Virus record (IMG/VR): IMGVR_UViG_3300037485_001992
Coordinates: 2,885 to 66,884 of that record
Strand: one strand, 5' to 3'
Length of the DNA: 64,000 nt
From: a virus
Under the pieces are notes generated by a model. It was not told where the DNA came from, searched no databases, and saw only the letters and a list, made by a program, of their open reading frames with translations. Positions 27,403-37,358 of the stretch are shown piece by piece; position 1 is the stretch's first letter, and each line of letters opens with the position of its first letter. Position numbers and translations under genes: made by a program.

Positions 27403-28190
27403 TGTGCCTCCGAAGCTTTGCCAATGCCTGTTCCAATCGCCGCTCCTGCGCCTACGCCGTAAGCTGCGCCTGTCGGGCCTCCTGCGTACCAACCGATGAC
27501 TGCGCCTGCCACACCACCAAGGCCACCCATCAGAAGCCCAGTATTTGCTGCAGCCGACTCCATCCCACGCTGAGTCTTGGACCAACCAATTTGCGAGTCA
27601 ATCTTGTAGTCTTCCAAGTCCTCGTTGAGTTGGTTGATGAGGAGTTTGAAGTATTGGTCGACGTCTTGCATCTTGAGTTGATGGTTGAAAGCCATGTTTT
27701 GGAGGGCTTCTTCTGCCACACCCTTGCGCCACAAACTTGCCATCGCGTCGTCGCGTTCCGCTTGGTTCTTGAAGAGGCCAAAGTCAAATTCGTTTTTCTT
27801 TTGCTCAAGCCCAGCCATCGACTCCTTAACGTTCTGGCCCAAGGTGAGTGACGTTTGGGCTTGCTGCTGAGCGGCATCTGCATTCACGTTTCGGTATTTG
27901 GAATAAGCGTCTGTGAGCGTGTTCTGCACGTTGGCGTTGCGCTCGTCGATTTGATTCGAGAGACCAAACGCATTCCCCGCCGCCTGTTGCCGTCGCTGAT
28001 TCTCTGCGCCGACCCACTGGTTCCTCACACCTTGGCGCTGGAAGCGGTTGAGGCCCGTGACTGGGCCTCCCGTCACCTGGCGCTGCACTGCCTGTTGCCC
28101 CGCTTCCAAATCGCGCAGCTCGTCATCTGCCTCTTTCGGGTTTCTCATTTGCGTGCTTTTCAGTACGTCTGAAGTGTACGTTGCCATCAC
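27399..28190 (-). CDS. Putative DNA-transfer/pilot protein with glycine-zipper hairpin
   Basis: Gln-rich coil; C-terminal GGLGGVAGAVIG...GVGAGAAIGTGIG. Confidence 0.65.
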   Translation of the reverse strand: MMATYTSDVLKSTQMRNPKEADDELRDLEAGQQAVQRQVTGGPVTGLNRFQRQGVRNQWVGAENQRRQQAAGNAFGLSNQIDERNANVQNTLTDAYSKYRNVNADAAQQQAQTSLTLGQNVKESMAGLEQKKNEFDFGLFKNQAERDDAMASLWRKGVAEEALQNMAFNHQLKMQDVDQYFKLLINQLNEDLEDYKIDSQIGWSKTQRGMESAAANTGLLMGGLGGVAGAVIGWYAGGPTGAAYGVGAGAAIGTGIGKASEAQ

Positions 28191-28196
28191 GTCTCC

Positions 28197-31100
28197 TTAA
28201 TCGTTTCTATGCGCTCGTTGTCCGCGACCACCGCCTTCGCCTGTCATGTCTCCAATGCTGCCCCGTCCCCCGCCAGACCCTTCGCCATCACTTCCTCGAC
28301 CTGTGTTCTGCTGGGTGGATGGAGGAACAACTGCACCGGCTGGCCTAAATGCGGGATCAATCGCCGCTTTCTCTTCGGGTGTAAGCTGCTCCCACGTTTT
28401 GTTCGTTGGGACGTAGTTCAACTCTGTGGCGGATTTGCTGGAGTCGAACCCAATCGTGCTGAAGAAAGACTTGAGCCATGAGGGAGACAGGTCTTGCACG
28501 GCTTCTTTGATGCGCGTTCCGATTGGGACTTCTGAGATGCGCTTCGTGTCAACAAATTCTGTCGCGCCAATCCTTGCGAGGTACGTGTTGATGTTCTCGT
28601 TTGCAGGGATGGTGACGCGAATGACGTTGGCTGAGTAGACACCAGGAACCTCATACGTCTTGAGTTTCGTTCCTGCAGCAGCGGGTGGCTGCTTGTCGAG
28701 CTTATCCTTGATTGCTTGCGGAATCGCTGCAGGTGGCGCTTGCTGCACACCAGTGTTCTTCAGAATCTCAATATCCTTTTGATCACTCACACTCACAGGT
28801 GTGTACTCAAGGTTAGAGTCGAGGCGTTGCGTGTCGTCTTCTGTGTAAGAAACATCGTAGCCCATCTTTGCGAAGTCTTCTGGCTTGAAGTTTGCGAACT
28901 TCGGTCCAAGGAGTTTCGTGTCGCCCGTCTTCGCCGCCATGAACATCTGCAGAGGTGTGGCAGAGGTGATTTGACTGATGCTCATTCGTGCTTGCATGAG
29001 CGCAGTCTTGATGCCCACAACCGCAGAGCCAGCAAGCGCAGTGGCACTCTTCGCTTCTGCCATCTTGGCGTTGAGGTACATTTCCTTCTCGCGCAACTGT
29101 CTGCTGGCCTCAGTGCTCTTGAACATCATCTCGTAAGGGATGTTGCCCATGAGTTGCTTCGCCACGCTGAATTGGTTCTGGTCAGCGGGTGTCTGCTTGA
29201 ACACGATGCGTGGGTTCGTCACCATCTGGTCAAGAACCGGCCCATACTGAGCAAGCATTGTCGCGTAAAGAGGTGTCCCGCGCGCAGCTTTCATGTACGA
29301 AAGGAATGAGTAGACTCGTGCTCTTTCGTTAAGGTCTTCAGGAGCGAGTTGGCCCCAACCCGCTTTGAGCAGAACGTCTTGGATGATGGTCGCATATTGA
29401 GGTGTCCGAGAATCAATTGCCCCTTCCACCGCAGCACGAACATTGTCAGCACCAGTCTTACGCAGGAGAGCGAACTGGTCGAGAAACACCTGAATCTCTT
29501 TCTGGTCTCGCACTGCCCTGTCTTGCACTTGTTGTGCTTGCTTTGCTGCCGTCTCTGCTGCGATGTTGACAGCGTTGAGTTCATCCGCCGCGCGCTGCGA
29601 GATGGTGTCTTGCATCCCCTGTCCACCAAGAGTGGCTGGGTCAACACCAGCTTCAATGATTTTGTTGTAGACGTCCTTCACTGCGCTGTTCTTGAAAGAG
29701 TTGAGGTTATTGACCATTGCTTCACGGAAGCTGGAAACTGCCGTCTTGAAGCTTCCATCTTTCATGAGGTCAGACACATACTCCGTGTCTTTCTTCAGGT
29801 CTTTCCCAAGCGTCCCACTGCGGTCTTGGATGATGCTTTCAATCGCATCCTGCTTCTCTTGCGTGCTGCGTGATTCATCACCAAGAATCTCCGCAATCTG
29901 TTGCTTATCACTTGACGTGAACATCACGCGCTTCGTGTTCCCAAACTCATCCTTCGTGAGCGCGTAGCCCTTCTCAGAAACTTGCTGCAGAAGGTTGGCG
30001 ATTTCCCCCTTGCCCGAAGCGTCTTCCCCAATCGTCTGCCCAAGCCACTTCTTCAGCGTTGCCCGTGCCTCAGGAGCCATTCCCACGTCGCTTGAGAGGA
30101 GTTGCTGAATCACCTGGGCGAAGTTCCTCGACCCGTTCTGAACGCCGGTTTGAAGGTCTGTGAACCACTGCTTCGCCTGGTCGACCCACTTCGTATCTTC
30201 ACCCCGCGCAGCCGCTTCGGCTTTCTTTGCTTCGAGGTCTTGGATGATGCCTTGCGCTGCACCAAGGAACTCTTCGTTGATTTGTCCACGCGACTCTTCC
30301 AAAGAGTCTTCGTACTCCTTGAGCCATGTGTCTGTCGTGTCGCGAATCGCTTGCATCACCGTGGCATCTTCCGTCGCTGCGCCCGCATATTGGCGCGCAG
30401 CCTCGTCGTATTGGCTTCGAAGGGAAGTCGTCACGTCTCCCGAGAAAAGCCCTTGTCCGCCTTCTGTTGCCTTCTCAAGTTCTTTGAGCACATCTGCAGA
30501 AGACATCTCCACCAAGTTTTCAAGGCTTTTGTCTTCACCCTCTGCACCAGCAACCTTCATCCCTGAGACTGATTCGTATTTCTCCCGCGCGGCTTGAAGG
30601 CCAGACACCAACCCCTCCCGGTCTTGAAATTGAAGCTGCATCCTGAGTGCTTCTGCTTCAGGGGAATACGGGTCGAGTTGTTCAAGTCTCCTCAGTTCGT
30701 TGACAATACCAAACGATTGGTTGAGGAACGCTTTTTCGTTGGCATCGATGACCCCGTTTCCATCCGTGTCGGCAAACCGTTCGAGAACCTTTTCAAAGTT
30801 TCCATCGCGAAAAACGGAAGAGGCTTCTTCCACCGACCGCAGCTGCTGGAGCTTCTCGTCGAGCACTCCACCAAGCCCTGCCGTCACGTTTATTTCTGGA
30901 GCGGACCAGGTGCCTGTCGTTTCGTCATAGACAGGAGAAGAGCCGGCAGCGTTTTGTGCGTTGATACTCGCTGTTGGTCCACCCTTCAGGTACTGGTTGA
31001 TGGCGCCTTGGAGCTTCGTCGCGAAGCTGCCGAGGTTCGCCCGCATCGCGGCAATCTGGGGTGAGGCTTGCCCCGCCACGGTGCGAGTCTGGCTCGCCTG

Positions 31101-31310
31101 CGCGCCCACCCCTTGCGTCTCTTGCTGTTTGTCCGTTGCCTGCTTCCCTGAAAGGATTCCTTTGGGAGAGTTCTTCGCCTCCATCGACCCCAGGTTCACG
31201 GCCTGATTGTTCATGGGACTGCGGGCGTAAGCCATTTCCTTCTGCTTCTTCGTCAGGTCCGTCAGCCCGCCCGAAGCTTCTGTTCCTGATGAAAAGTTTA
31301 TCTCTGCCAT
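28197..31310 (-). CDS. Putative internal virion protein (1037 aa)
   Basis: Long helical ORF directly after the tail genes. Confidence 0.6.
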   Translation of the reverse strand: MAEINFSSGTEASGGLTDLTKKQKEMAYARSPMNNQAVNLGSMEAKNSPKGILSGKQATDKQQETQGVGAQASQTRTVAGQASPQIAAMRANLGSFATKLQGAINQYLKGGPTASINAQNAAGSSPVYDETTGTWSAPEINVTAGLGGVLDEKLQQLRSVEEASSVFRDGNFEKVLERFADTDGNGVIDANEKAFLNQSFGIVNELRRLEQLDPYSPEAEALRMQLQFQDREGLVSGLQAAREKYESVSGMKVAGAEGEDKSLENLVEMSSADVLKELEKATEGGQGLFSGDVTTSLRSQYDEAARQYAGAATEDATVMQAIRDTTDTWLKEYEDSLEESRGQINEEFLGAAQGIIQDLEAKKAEAAARGEDTKWVDQAKQWFTDLQTGVQNGSRNFAQVIQQLLSSDVGMAPEARATLKKWLGQTIGEDASGKGEIANLLQQVSEKGYALTKDEFGNTKRVMFTSSDKQQIAEILGDESRSTQEKQDAIESIIQDRSGTLGKDLKKDTEYVSDLMKDGSFKTAVSSFREAMVNNLNSFKNSAVKDVYNKIIEAGVDPATLGGQGMQDTISQRAADELNAVNIAAETAAKQAQQVQDRAVRDQKEIQVFLDQFALLRKTGADNVRAAVEGAIDSRTPQYATIIQDVLLKAGWGQLAPEDLNERARVYSFLSYMKAARGTPLYATMLAQYGPVLDQMVTNPRIVFKQTPADQNQFSVAKQLMGNIPYEMMFKSTEASRQLREKEMYLNAKMAEAKSATALAGSAVVGIKTALMQARMSISQITSATPLQMFMAAKTGDTKLLGPKFANFKPEDFAKMGYDVSYTEDDTQRLDSNLEYTPVSVSDQKDIEILKNTGVQQAPPAAIPQAIKDKLDKQPPAAAGTKLKTYEVPGVYSANVIRVTIPANENINTYLARIGATEFVDTKRISEVPIGTRIKEAVQDLSPSWLKSFFSTIGFDSSKSATELNYVPTNKTWEQLTPEEKAAIDPAFRPAGAVVPPSTQQNTGRGSDGEGSGGGRGSIGDMTGEGGGRGQRAHRND

Positions 31311-31319
31311 TACCTTACC

Positions 31320-31850
31320 TCACAAAAAAAGAAGCTTCACTTGCTCCGTTGCCAATGAAATTGAGTGCTGCGTGATGCTTGTGACGAGACTTGAGAGATA
31401 GATGCTTGTGCCAGACACCTTCGTTATGCGGTTTGGGAGCCCGTCAACCACCACCGCGTCCCCTTCGCGAAAGAAGGGAGCGTCAACCGTGATGAGCCTG
31501 TCTGTGAGCGTCCTTCCCGTCCCGTAAGACGAGGCGGTCGCCGTAAGAAGTCGGAACAGAAGGATGGCTTGGGTCGAGTTGACAGACACCTGCGTCACAA
31601 ATTCGACCCTTCCGCTCGTCAGAATCACCTGTGCCGGAGAGCGACCCAAGCCGTGCTCAATCACCACATTCTGAGCGTGCTCCACGCCACCACCATACGA
31701 AACGTGTTCAAGATTCTCCGACAGGACAATCCCGTTTTGGAATGCCTTGCGGAGAGTTGCGAGCGTCTGACCAAACGTCATCCACAATTCCTTCGCCCCC
31801 GGTGGAATGGGGGTGAGTGCTTGGAAGGATGGGAACGAAAACCTTGCCAT
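31320..31850 (-). CDS. Tail-associated structural protein
   Basis: IEHGLGRSP motif; follows the nozzle gene. Confidence 0.6.
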   Translation of the reverse strand: MARFSFPSFQALTPIPPGAKELWMTFGQTLATLRKAFQNGIVLSENLEHVSYGGGVEHAQNVVIEHGLGRSPAQVILTSGRVEFVTQVSVNSTQAILLFRLLTATASSYGTGRTLTDRLITVDAPFFREGDAVVVDGLPNRITKVSGTSIYLSSLVTSITQHSISLATEQVKLLFL

Positions 31851-31859
31851 CGCTTTCTC

Positions 31860-34800
31860 CTAAGTCCCAGGTTGAGAGGTGAGTTTTGTCGTTCCATCAC
31901 TCGACTCAAAGAAGATTCCATGCACTTCTGCTGCCGTATCCACCTCGTCGTTGGTGATTTCGATGGAGAGGTTCTGAGCGCGCGGGGTCGGTGGTGTCCG
32001 TCGCATCGTGTCGACATAAGCATCAGAGAGCGCAACTGTCGCCACCGCATTGAGTGGGTCACTCGTCTGCACCGTGAACGAGGAGATGTGGGTGTAGGTC
32101 GTGCCAAAATCCTTCGTGAGCGCCACTTCCATCGTGTTGTTCGTTTCCGTCCCGAACTGGAAGAAGATGCTGCGGTAGAAGCGCACACCGACAGGATCTG
32201 TCGCGTCCACGTAGCGTGTTCTGATGAGGAAAGGAATGGAGCGGCGTTCGTCCGAGTAGACTGTCTTCGTGTGCTCTCTGCGGATGCGGAACACCTTTCC
32301 ACCCGTCGATGCGAAGTAGGATTCAGACCCCACCCGCGTCCAGAATGTGGCGGGAATTTGCGTGTTCACACTCCACCCAACGTCAATCGAGTAAAGAGTG
32401 ATGTTGCGGTTTGAGTAGTCGAACACGAGCTGCCCGTCGAACGTGCTCACGGCTGGACCACGGACTTCGGAAAGCGGGACGCCAATATAGACAGCCTTCG
32501 TAAAGGGGTTGTGGAAGCCTGCCGTGAACGGGAAAAGGTCAACGTTCTGCGCCACTCGGTCACGGAACACACGCGACGGCTGCAACACATCCTCCATCGA
32601 CGCGCCATCTGTGAAGTACACCCCAGAGTCATGAAGCACGAAAGCGCCCTTCGGGGTTGGAATGACGTTCTTTGCTGATGATGCACCAACAATGGCAGGG
32701 ATACGGTCTTTGGTGAGATAGGTTCCATTGTCAAACTGTATGCGCCAGGAGCTACTCTTCTTGAAGAGAAGTCCAAACGTTTGTTGCTGACACATGGCCC
32801 GGATGCTCTCCCCATCTTGCGAATCCACCTCGTCGAACGAGAGTTCTCTGAACGCTTGCCCAATGAGCGTTCCCGTTGGGTTCGTGTACCAAAGGCGTGC
32901 AGGCCGCGTCTCCTTTGCCGTGACGGTTGTCACTGCTGTGCGTGGATAGGTTGTCGCAACACCGTCGCTCCGTGTCTCGCCATCGATGTGCCAATACGCC
33001 GCCTGTCCATAAAGAGACCACGACGCTTCTCTTGTTTCTGTCGGGTGCGTCGTTGTCACGTAACGATAGAACTGTTCATCCACGGGATAGAGATGGGTGA
33101 GAAGCTTCAGGCCGTTCGTCGGAAGGACGTTGCCTGGGTGGGACGATTCATCATTGGCAATTCTCCGTCCACCCCAGTAGGCGAACATCTTGTCGTGGAG
33201 AACAGTGTTGATGGCATGGGCGAAACGCTTGATGACTTTCTCAAGCGGGGTGTAGCCATCCGTTGGTCCGTACATCGTTCCCGTAAGGTCTGACAAATAA
33301 GGGTCGTTGCGCTGCACGAGAGGGACAGGGACAGGGATGTATTTTGTCAGAGCGACGGATGGTGTGGATTGGTCAATGAACACAACTTTCGTCTCACTCA
33401 CACCCGTCATGGCTGCGAAGTCAAGCGCAGGAAGAGACGCCGTGGGGCAATCTATCTCCACCTCGACACCTGTGAGTGCTGCACCAATGGCGAGACTCGT
33501 GACCCATGCAGCGACGTTGTTTCTCACCCGCACCACTTTGAACCACCCAGAGAGCGGAGGATAGAAAGTGTCGTTCTCCTTCCCTCTCACAATCATGTAA
33601 ATCCAATCGCCAGCGACGACTGGGACCGTGAGGACTTGAGAGGTGAGAAGCACCTGCAGATAGTTCACATCCCCAATCGCCACACCGTAGGCGAAGATGT
33701 CTTTTGGGATGCTCAGCTTTCCGTAGTCTGATGCAAGGGTCTGACCAATGCTGCCTCGCACTTCTTCGGGAAGCGTTGGACACGTCACAGTAAAGGCACC
33801 CGCCGCATAGTTTGGCGCCACGGCTTTGTAGTGGCGATTCCAGTTGCAGTTGCTCCCGCGTGGAATATCAAACGGCAGTGCATCAACAATGATGTCCGTT
33901 CCTGCAGGAATGGTGAGAACAGGTGCGGCGGTGATTGTCAGGGTCGCCGTGGGTGAAGGGAGAGACGTGTTGGTGATGGGGAAAGAAGTCGTCTTCACTC
34001 CCACATCAACTGCGTAAATGGTGAAAGGGCCATGGAACACACCCCCCGCAAGGTTCGAGACGGAAAGAGCACTCTTCACCACCACTCGTTTGTAGACTGT
34101 CGCTCCTGCTGCAGAGTTGCTGATAACGCAGATTGCGAGAGAGTAGATGTCTGGGTCAGCAGCAGTGACTGCTGTGAGGACTTCACAAATTATATCTGTG
34201 TCGAAGTTGAGAATCCTTCCATCTGCATCCTTGACTTGCCCCGTCGTGCCAAGACCTTTTAAGATGAGCATATCCCCAACATCGAAGACCACTGCTGCCG
34301 TGGTCTTTATCTTGAGAGTGAACTTTGCTATCTCACTCTCACTTGTTGAGTCTCCAGACGAGCCAGTGATGATGAGGCCATTCTCGTTCGAAACATTCTC
34401 GACGGATTGATACTCTTGAAAAATGATGAATCGCTCAGAAGGCGTGATAACCGTTCCACTCACATCCTTTGAGACCCATTTCTTTTGTGCTGAAACTTCA
34501 GTGTTCGTCGACCCGCCCGTCCCCGTGAACGTTTGTGACTCGAAACCGAAACTGTCATAAAACGGGTCTTTCCCGCCAGAGATAGAGGCTTCTTTCGAGC
34601 CCTTCTCAAAGCGCAGAAGGCACTTCACCCCAACAAGAACTGCTGCTCCCGTCAGACGGAAGAGATGGGAATTGTCCGTGTGAGCTATGGTCGATAAGTC
34701 GTAAATCCCGACAGGAGCAAATACCTGCGCGACACGGTTTGTTCCTGCATCATCGCTCACTGTCACCGTCGTCGTGACAGGCGTGAGGGGGACGGACACA

Positions 34801-37358
34801 AATTCGTAAGAGGTGTCTTGAGTGGCGTTAGGCGGCGAATATCGCAATTGGACGTCCGCCGCGAAGGAGCCATCAGACGTGTCGAACACGTCCTTGCAGA
34901 TGAGATTAACATAAGGAAGCTCCCCCCCGTTAGCGGCAATCACGCGATTTTCAAGCGCCGTGATCACAGAAGCGAGGGGTGGGTCGATAATCTCCCGCGC
35001 GAGTTCATCACTCGTCACATCTGATTGCACTGACGCATAAAGTATCTTGTAATTCGTTTCGTTGAAGTCGAGCGGTGGTTCCGTTCCCGCCAAAATTGCG
35101 ACGTAGGGCAAATAGGGGTTGTTCGCCACCTGCCTTTCGAGGAGATAGATTTCACTCGTCGCCTGCGTTGCGAGCTTTCCTGACTTTGTGCGGTAGACGT
35201 TGATAAACATCGACTCTACTGGAAGACCGATCCCCAGCGGGAGAGTTGGGACTTGGAGTTCGACGAGCTGCGACTGGCCACTCCCATCGAGTGCTGGTGC
35301 ACTTGTGATGGTGTAGCCACCCACGGGGCTGAGACCAGACTCATACGTCACGAGTTTACCGTTGATAAGTTCAACGTAGGAGTAGGTGACAATGAAGTCG
35401 TATTGTCTTCCACTCTGCAGCCCATCATCCGCCGTGTCAATCTTGAGTTGGCCGTTGGTGCCCCGGATGTTGCGGATGAAACCAGAGGGGGGTCGCGGGA
35501 TTCGCATGTTGACAAATTGTGACCCATTGTAGCGCCACATCCCATTCTCTCGCGCAGCGAATATGACGCTTCTCTCAAGTTCCACAGAGTTGACGTCAAC
35601 GACGGTTGATGGGGGGTACGCGGTGGTGATGGGTGCGTTCATGCCCTCAGGAAATATGGGGTAGAAGATGTTCAAAGGTGTGAAGACGCTGTCACTCTCC
35701 CACGTCACTTCCGTATCGAGTTCGAAAAGTGGCAAGCTTCCTGACACTTGCTTTACCACGTAAACAGGATTGAGTGGGTTCGCCTCTCCTTGTTGTATCG
35801 TCATTCCATTGAAGTTGAAGTATGGCTCCACAGACCAAACCACAGTGCTTGAAGTGCGCCGGAACTTTAGATACGTCAGAGTCGGAAGATAAAGTCTCGT
35901 CTCAGTCCCCGCCTGCAGATAGACGTGGGTGGCAGAAGCACTGTCAACAACATAAGTCTTCGTCACCAGCGTTCCAAGCCAGTCCGTCGCGTATTGAATT
36001 GTGATGATGTCATTTTCCTCGTAGTACGAGCTTGCAGAGCCAATCGGGATCGCAAAGAGCCCGTTCGATGCAGCAAAGGTCGTCGCCACGCCTGTGTACT
36101 GAGGAGAATCAGCGGTGATGAATATGCCCGTCATCGGCGTCTCGACAAAGAAGCTGCCCCGATAGCCGCACACAAGTCTTTCGGTTCCAAGGTCTGCATC
36201 GAAATACTTGTTGAGAGAATTGACGTATCCTACATCAATCTCCGTTCCAAAAAGGAAACCAATCTCGTCGACGTTCCCCGTCGCGACAGCCACTCCCGTT
36301 TCTGTGCTTGTGAGACTGTGGTTCGATACGATTCTCACACAGTCGAGGATGCGAATTTTCTGCACACCAGGTCCTGTGAGAATTGGTCCTGTCGTCTTGA
36401 ACTTTCGTCCTGAATCTGCTGCAGCATAAATGAACTGCTTTGCTTCTGTGTAGAGGATAGAGAGGTTGACAAGGGACGCGACGAGACCAGCAGGATTCGA
36501 TAGGGAATCATACATCTGAATCGAGAGTGTCGTTGCTGTCTTCGCCGTCACAATGCCAGACACACCTGTACGCCGGGCTGGGTCGGCTCCCCGCAGCACC
36601 GTCTCAAAGTTCACGATGGTGAGGAGAGACAAATCTGCCAGAGTCGAACCAGCAACGAACGTGGCTGTCACAACGGTAGGTGCAGCTGCGCCGACCGAGA
36701 GACTCACAATATCTTCAACCGGAAGGCGATTAAAGGTGAAAGCATCACAGATGTAGGCCGTATAGTCTTGTCCAACAAGATCCGTTGGGACAGGTACCGG
36801 GTTGAAGCCCTGCAGCATCTGAATGGGGAGAAGAAACTTTGCCACACCACTCACCGTTCCATCATCAAACACAATGGTTGGGCGATAGGAATAGGGGACA
36901 GGAACAGCCACGCTACCCTGCACAATTTGCAAGATTGTGTCGACGGTGATGGGTGGAACATCCGTGAACCCAGGAGAAAAAGCAGCCCACGTCACAGTCA
37001 CGAACACGGTGTTGAGGCTGTCGTCTGGGTGGTAGAAGAAAGAGTCACTAAGGTTCGTGAGGTTGGCTCCGGTGTTCTTGAAGATGGAGATGGTGATCTC
37101 TTGGTTCCTCACGGAGTCAAGCTCAAAGACTTTGTCTCCAAGCCCTGCTGCGATTTCTGCGCGACGAGTTCTGACGGGCAAGCGACAAGCGTGAGTTTGG
37201 TACCCCGCGCGACGCTTGACTTTCCCTGCTTCCGAGAGGTCAACGTTCTCTGCGTCAAGCACATATCCTTCGGGAATATCTGAGATGGACGACACCCCGT
37301 CGATGCCTTTTCCAATGTCTTCCGTTGAAAGCCGGGAGTTGGTCCCTTTGAAGCTCAT
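31860..37358 (-). CDS. Tail nozzle / DNA-stabilisation protein (P22 gp10 / tubular protein B-like) with large insertions
   Basis: N-terminal GIDG..IPEG..DAENVD..G.VKRRAGY and C-terminal beta-propeller-like RLWYT...DGESIRAM...LFKKSS. Confidence 0.7.
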   Translation of the reverse strand: MSFKGTNSRLSTEDIGKGIDGVSSISDIPEGYVLDAENVDLSEAGKVKRRAGYQTHACRLPVRTRRAEIAAGLGDKVFELDSVRNQEITISIFKNTGANLTNLSDSFFYHPDDSLNTVFVTVTWAAFSPGFTDVPPITVDTILQIVQGSVAVPVPYSYRPTIVFDDGTVSGVAKFLLPIQMLQGFNPVPVPTDLVGQDYTAYICDAFTFNRLPVEDIVSLSVGAAAPTVVTATFVAGSTLADLSLLTIVNFETVLRGADPARRTGVSGIVTAKTATTLSIQMYDSLSNPAGLVASLVNLSILYTEAKQFIYAAADSGRKFKTTGPILTGPGVQKIRILDCVRIVSNHSLTSTETGVAVATGNVDEIGFLFGTEIDVGYVNSLNKYFDADLGTERLVCGYRGSFFVETPMTGIFITADSPQYTGVATTFAASNGLFAIPIGSASSYYEENDIITIQYATDWLGTLVTKTYVVDSASATHVYLQAGTETRLYLPTLTYLKFRRTSSTVVWSVEPYFNFNGMTIQQGEANPLNPVYVVKQVSGSLPLFELDTEVTWESDSVFTPLNIFYPIFPEGMNAPITTAYPPSTVVDVNSVELERSVIFAARENGMWRYNGSQFVNMRIPRPPSGFIRNIRGTNGQLKIDTADDGLQSGRQYDFIVTYSYVELINGKLVTYESGLSPVGGYTITSAPALDGSGQSQLVELQVPTLPLGIGLPVESMFINVYRTKSGKLATQATSEIYLLERQVANNPYLPYVAILAGTEPPLDFNETNYKILYASVQSDVTSDELAREIIDPPLASVITALENRVIAANGGELPYVNLICKDVFDTSDGSFAADVQLRYSPPNATQDTSYEFVSVPLTPVTTTVTVSDDAGTNRVAQVFAPVGIYDLSTIAHTDNSHLFRLTGAAVLVGVKCLLRFEKGSKEASISGGKDPFYDSFGFESQTFTGTGGSTNTEVSAQKKWVSKDVSGTVITPSERFIIFQEYQSVENVSNENGLIITGSSGDSTSESEIAKFTLKIKTTAAVVFDVGDMLILKGLGTTGQVKDADGRILNFDTDIICEVLTAVTAADPDIYSLAICVISNSAAGATVYKRVVVKSALSVSNLAGGVFHGPFTIYAVDVGVKTTSFPITNTSLPSPTATLTITAAPVLTIPAGTDIIVDALPFDIPRGSNCNWNRHYKAVAPNYAAGAFTVTCPTLPEEVRGSIGQTLASDYGKLSIPKDIFAYGVAIGDVNYLQVLLTSQVLTVPVVAGDWIYMIVRGKENDTFYPPLSGWFKVVRVRNNVAAWVTSLAIGAALTGVEVEIDCPTASLPALDFAAMTGVSETKVVFIDQSTPSVALTKYIPVPVPLVQRNDPYLSDLTGTMYGPTDGYTPLEKVIKRFAHAINTVLHDKMFAYWGGRRIANDESSHPGNVLPTNGLKLLTHLYPVDEQFYRYVTTTHPTETREASWSLYGQAAYWHIDGETRSDGVATTYPRTAVTTVTAKETRPARLWYTNPTGTLIGQAFRELSFDEVDSQDGESIRAMCQQQTFGLLFKKSSSWRIQFDNGTYLTKDRIPAIVGASSAKNVIPTPKGAFVLHDSGVYFTDGASMEDVLQPSRVFRDRVAQNVDLFPFTAGFHNPFTKAVYIGVPLSEVRGPAVSTFDGQLVFDYSNRNITLYSIDVGWSVNTQIPATFWTRVGSESYFASTGGKVFRIRREHTKTVYSDERRSIPFLIRTRYVDATDPVGVRFYRSIFFQFGTETNNTMEVALTKDFGTTYTHISSFTVQTSDPLNAVATVALSDAYVDTMRRTPPTPRAQNLSIEITNDEVDTAAEVHGIFFESSDGTTKLTSQPGT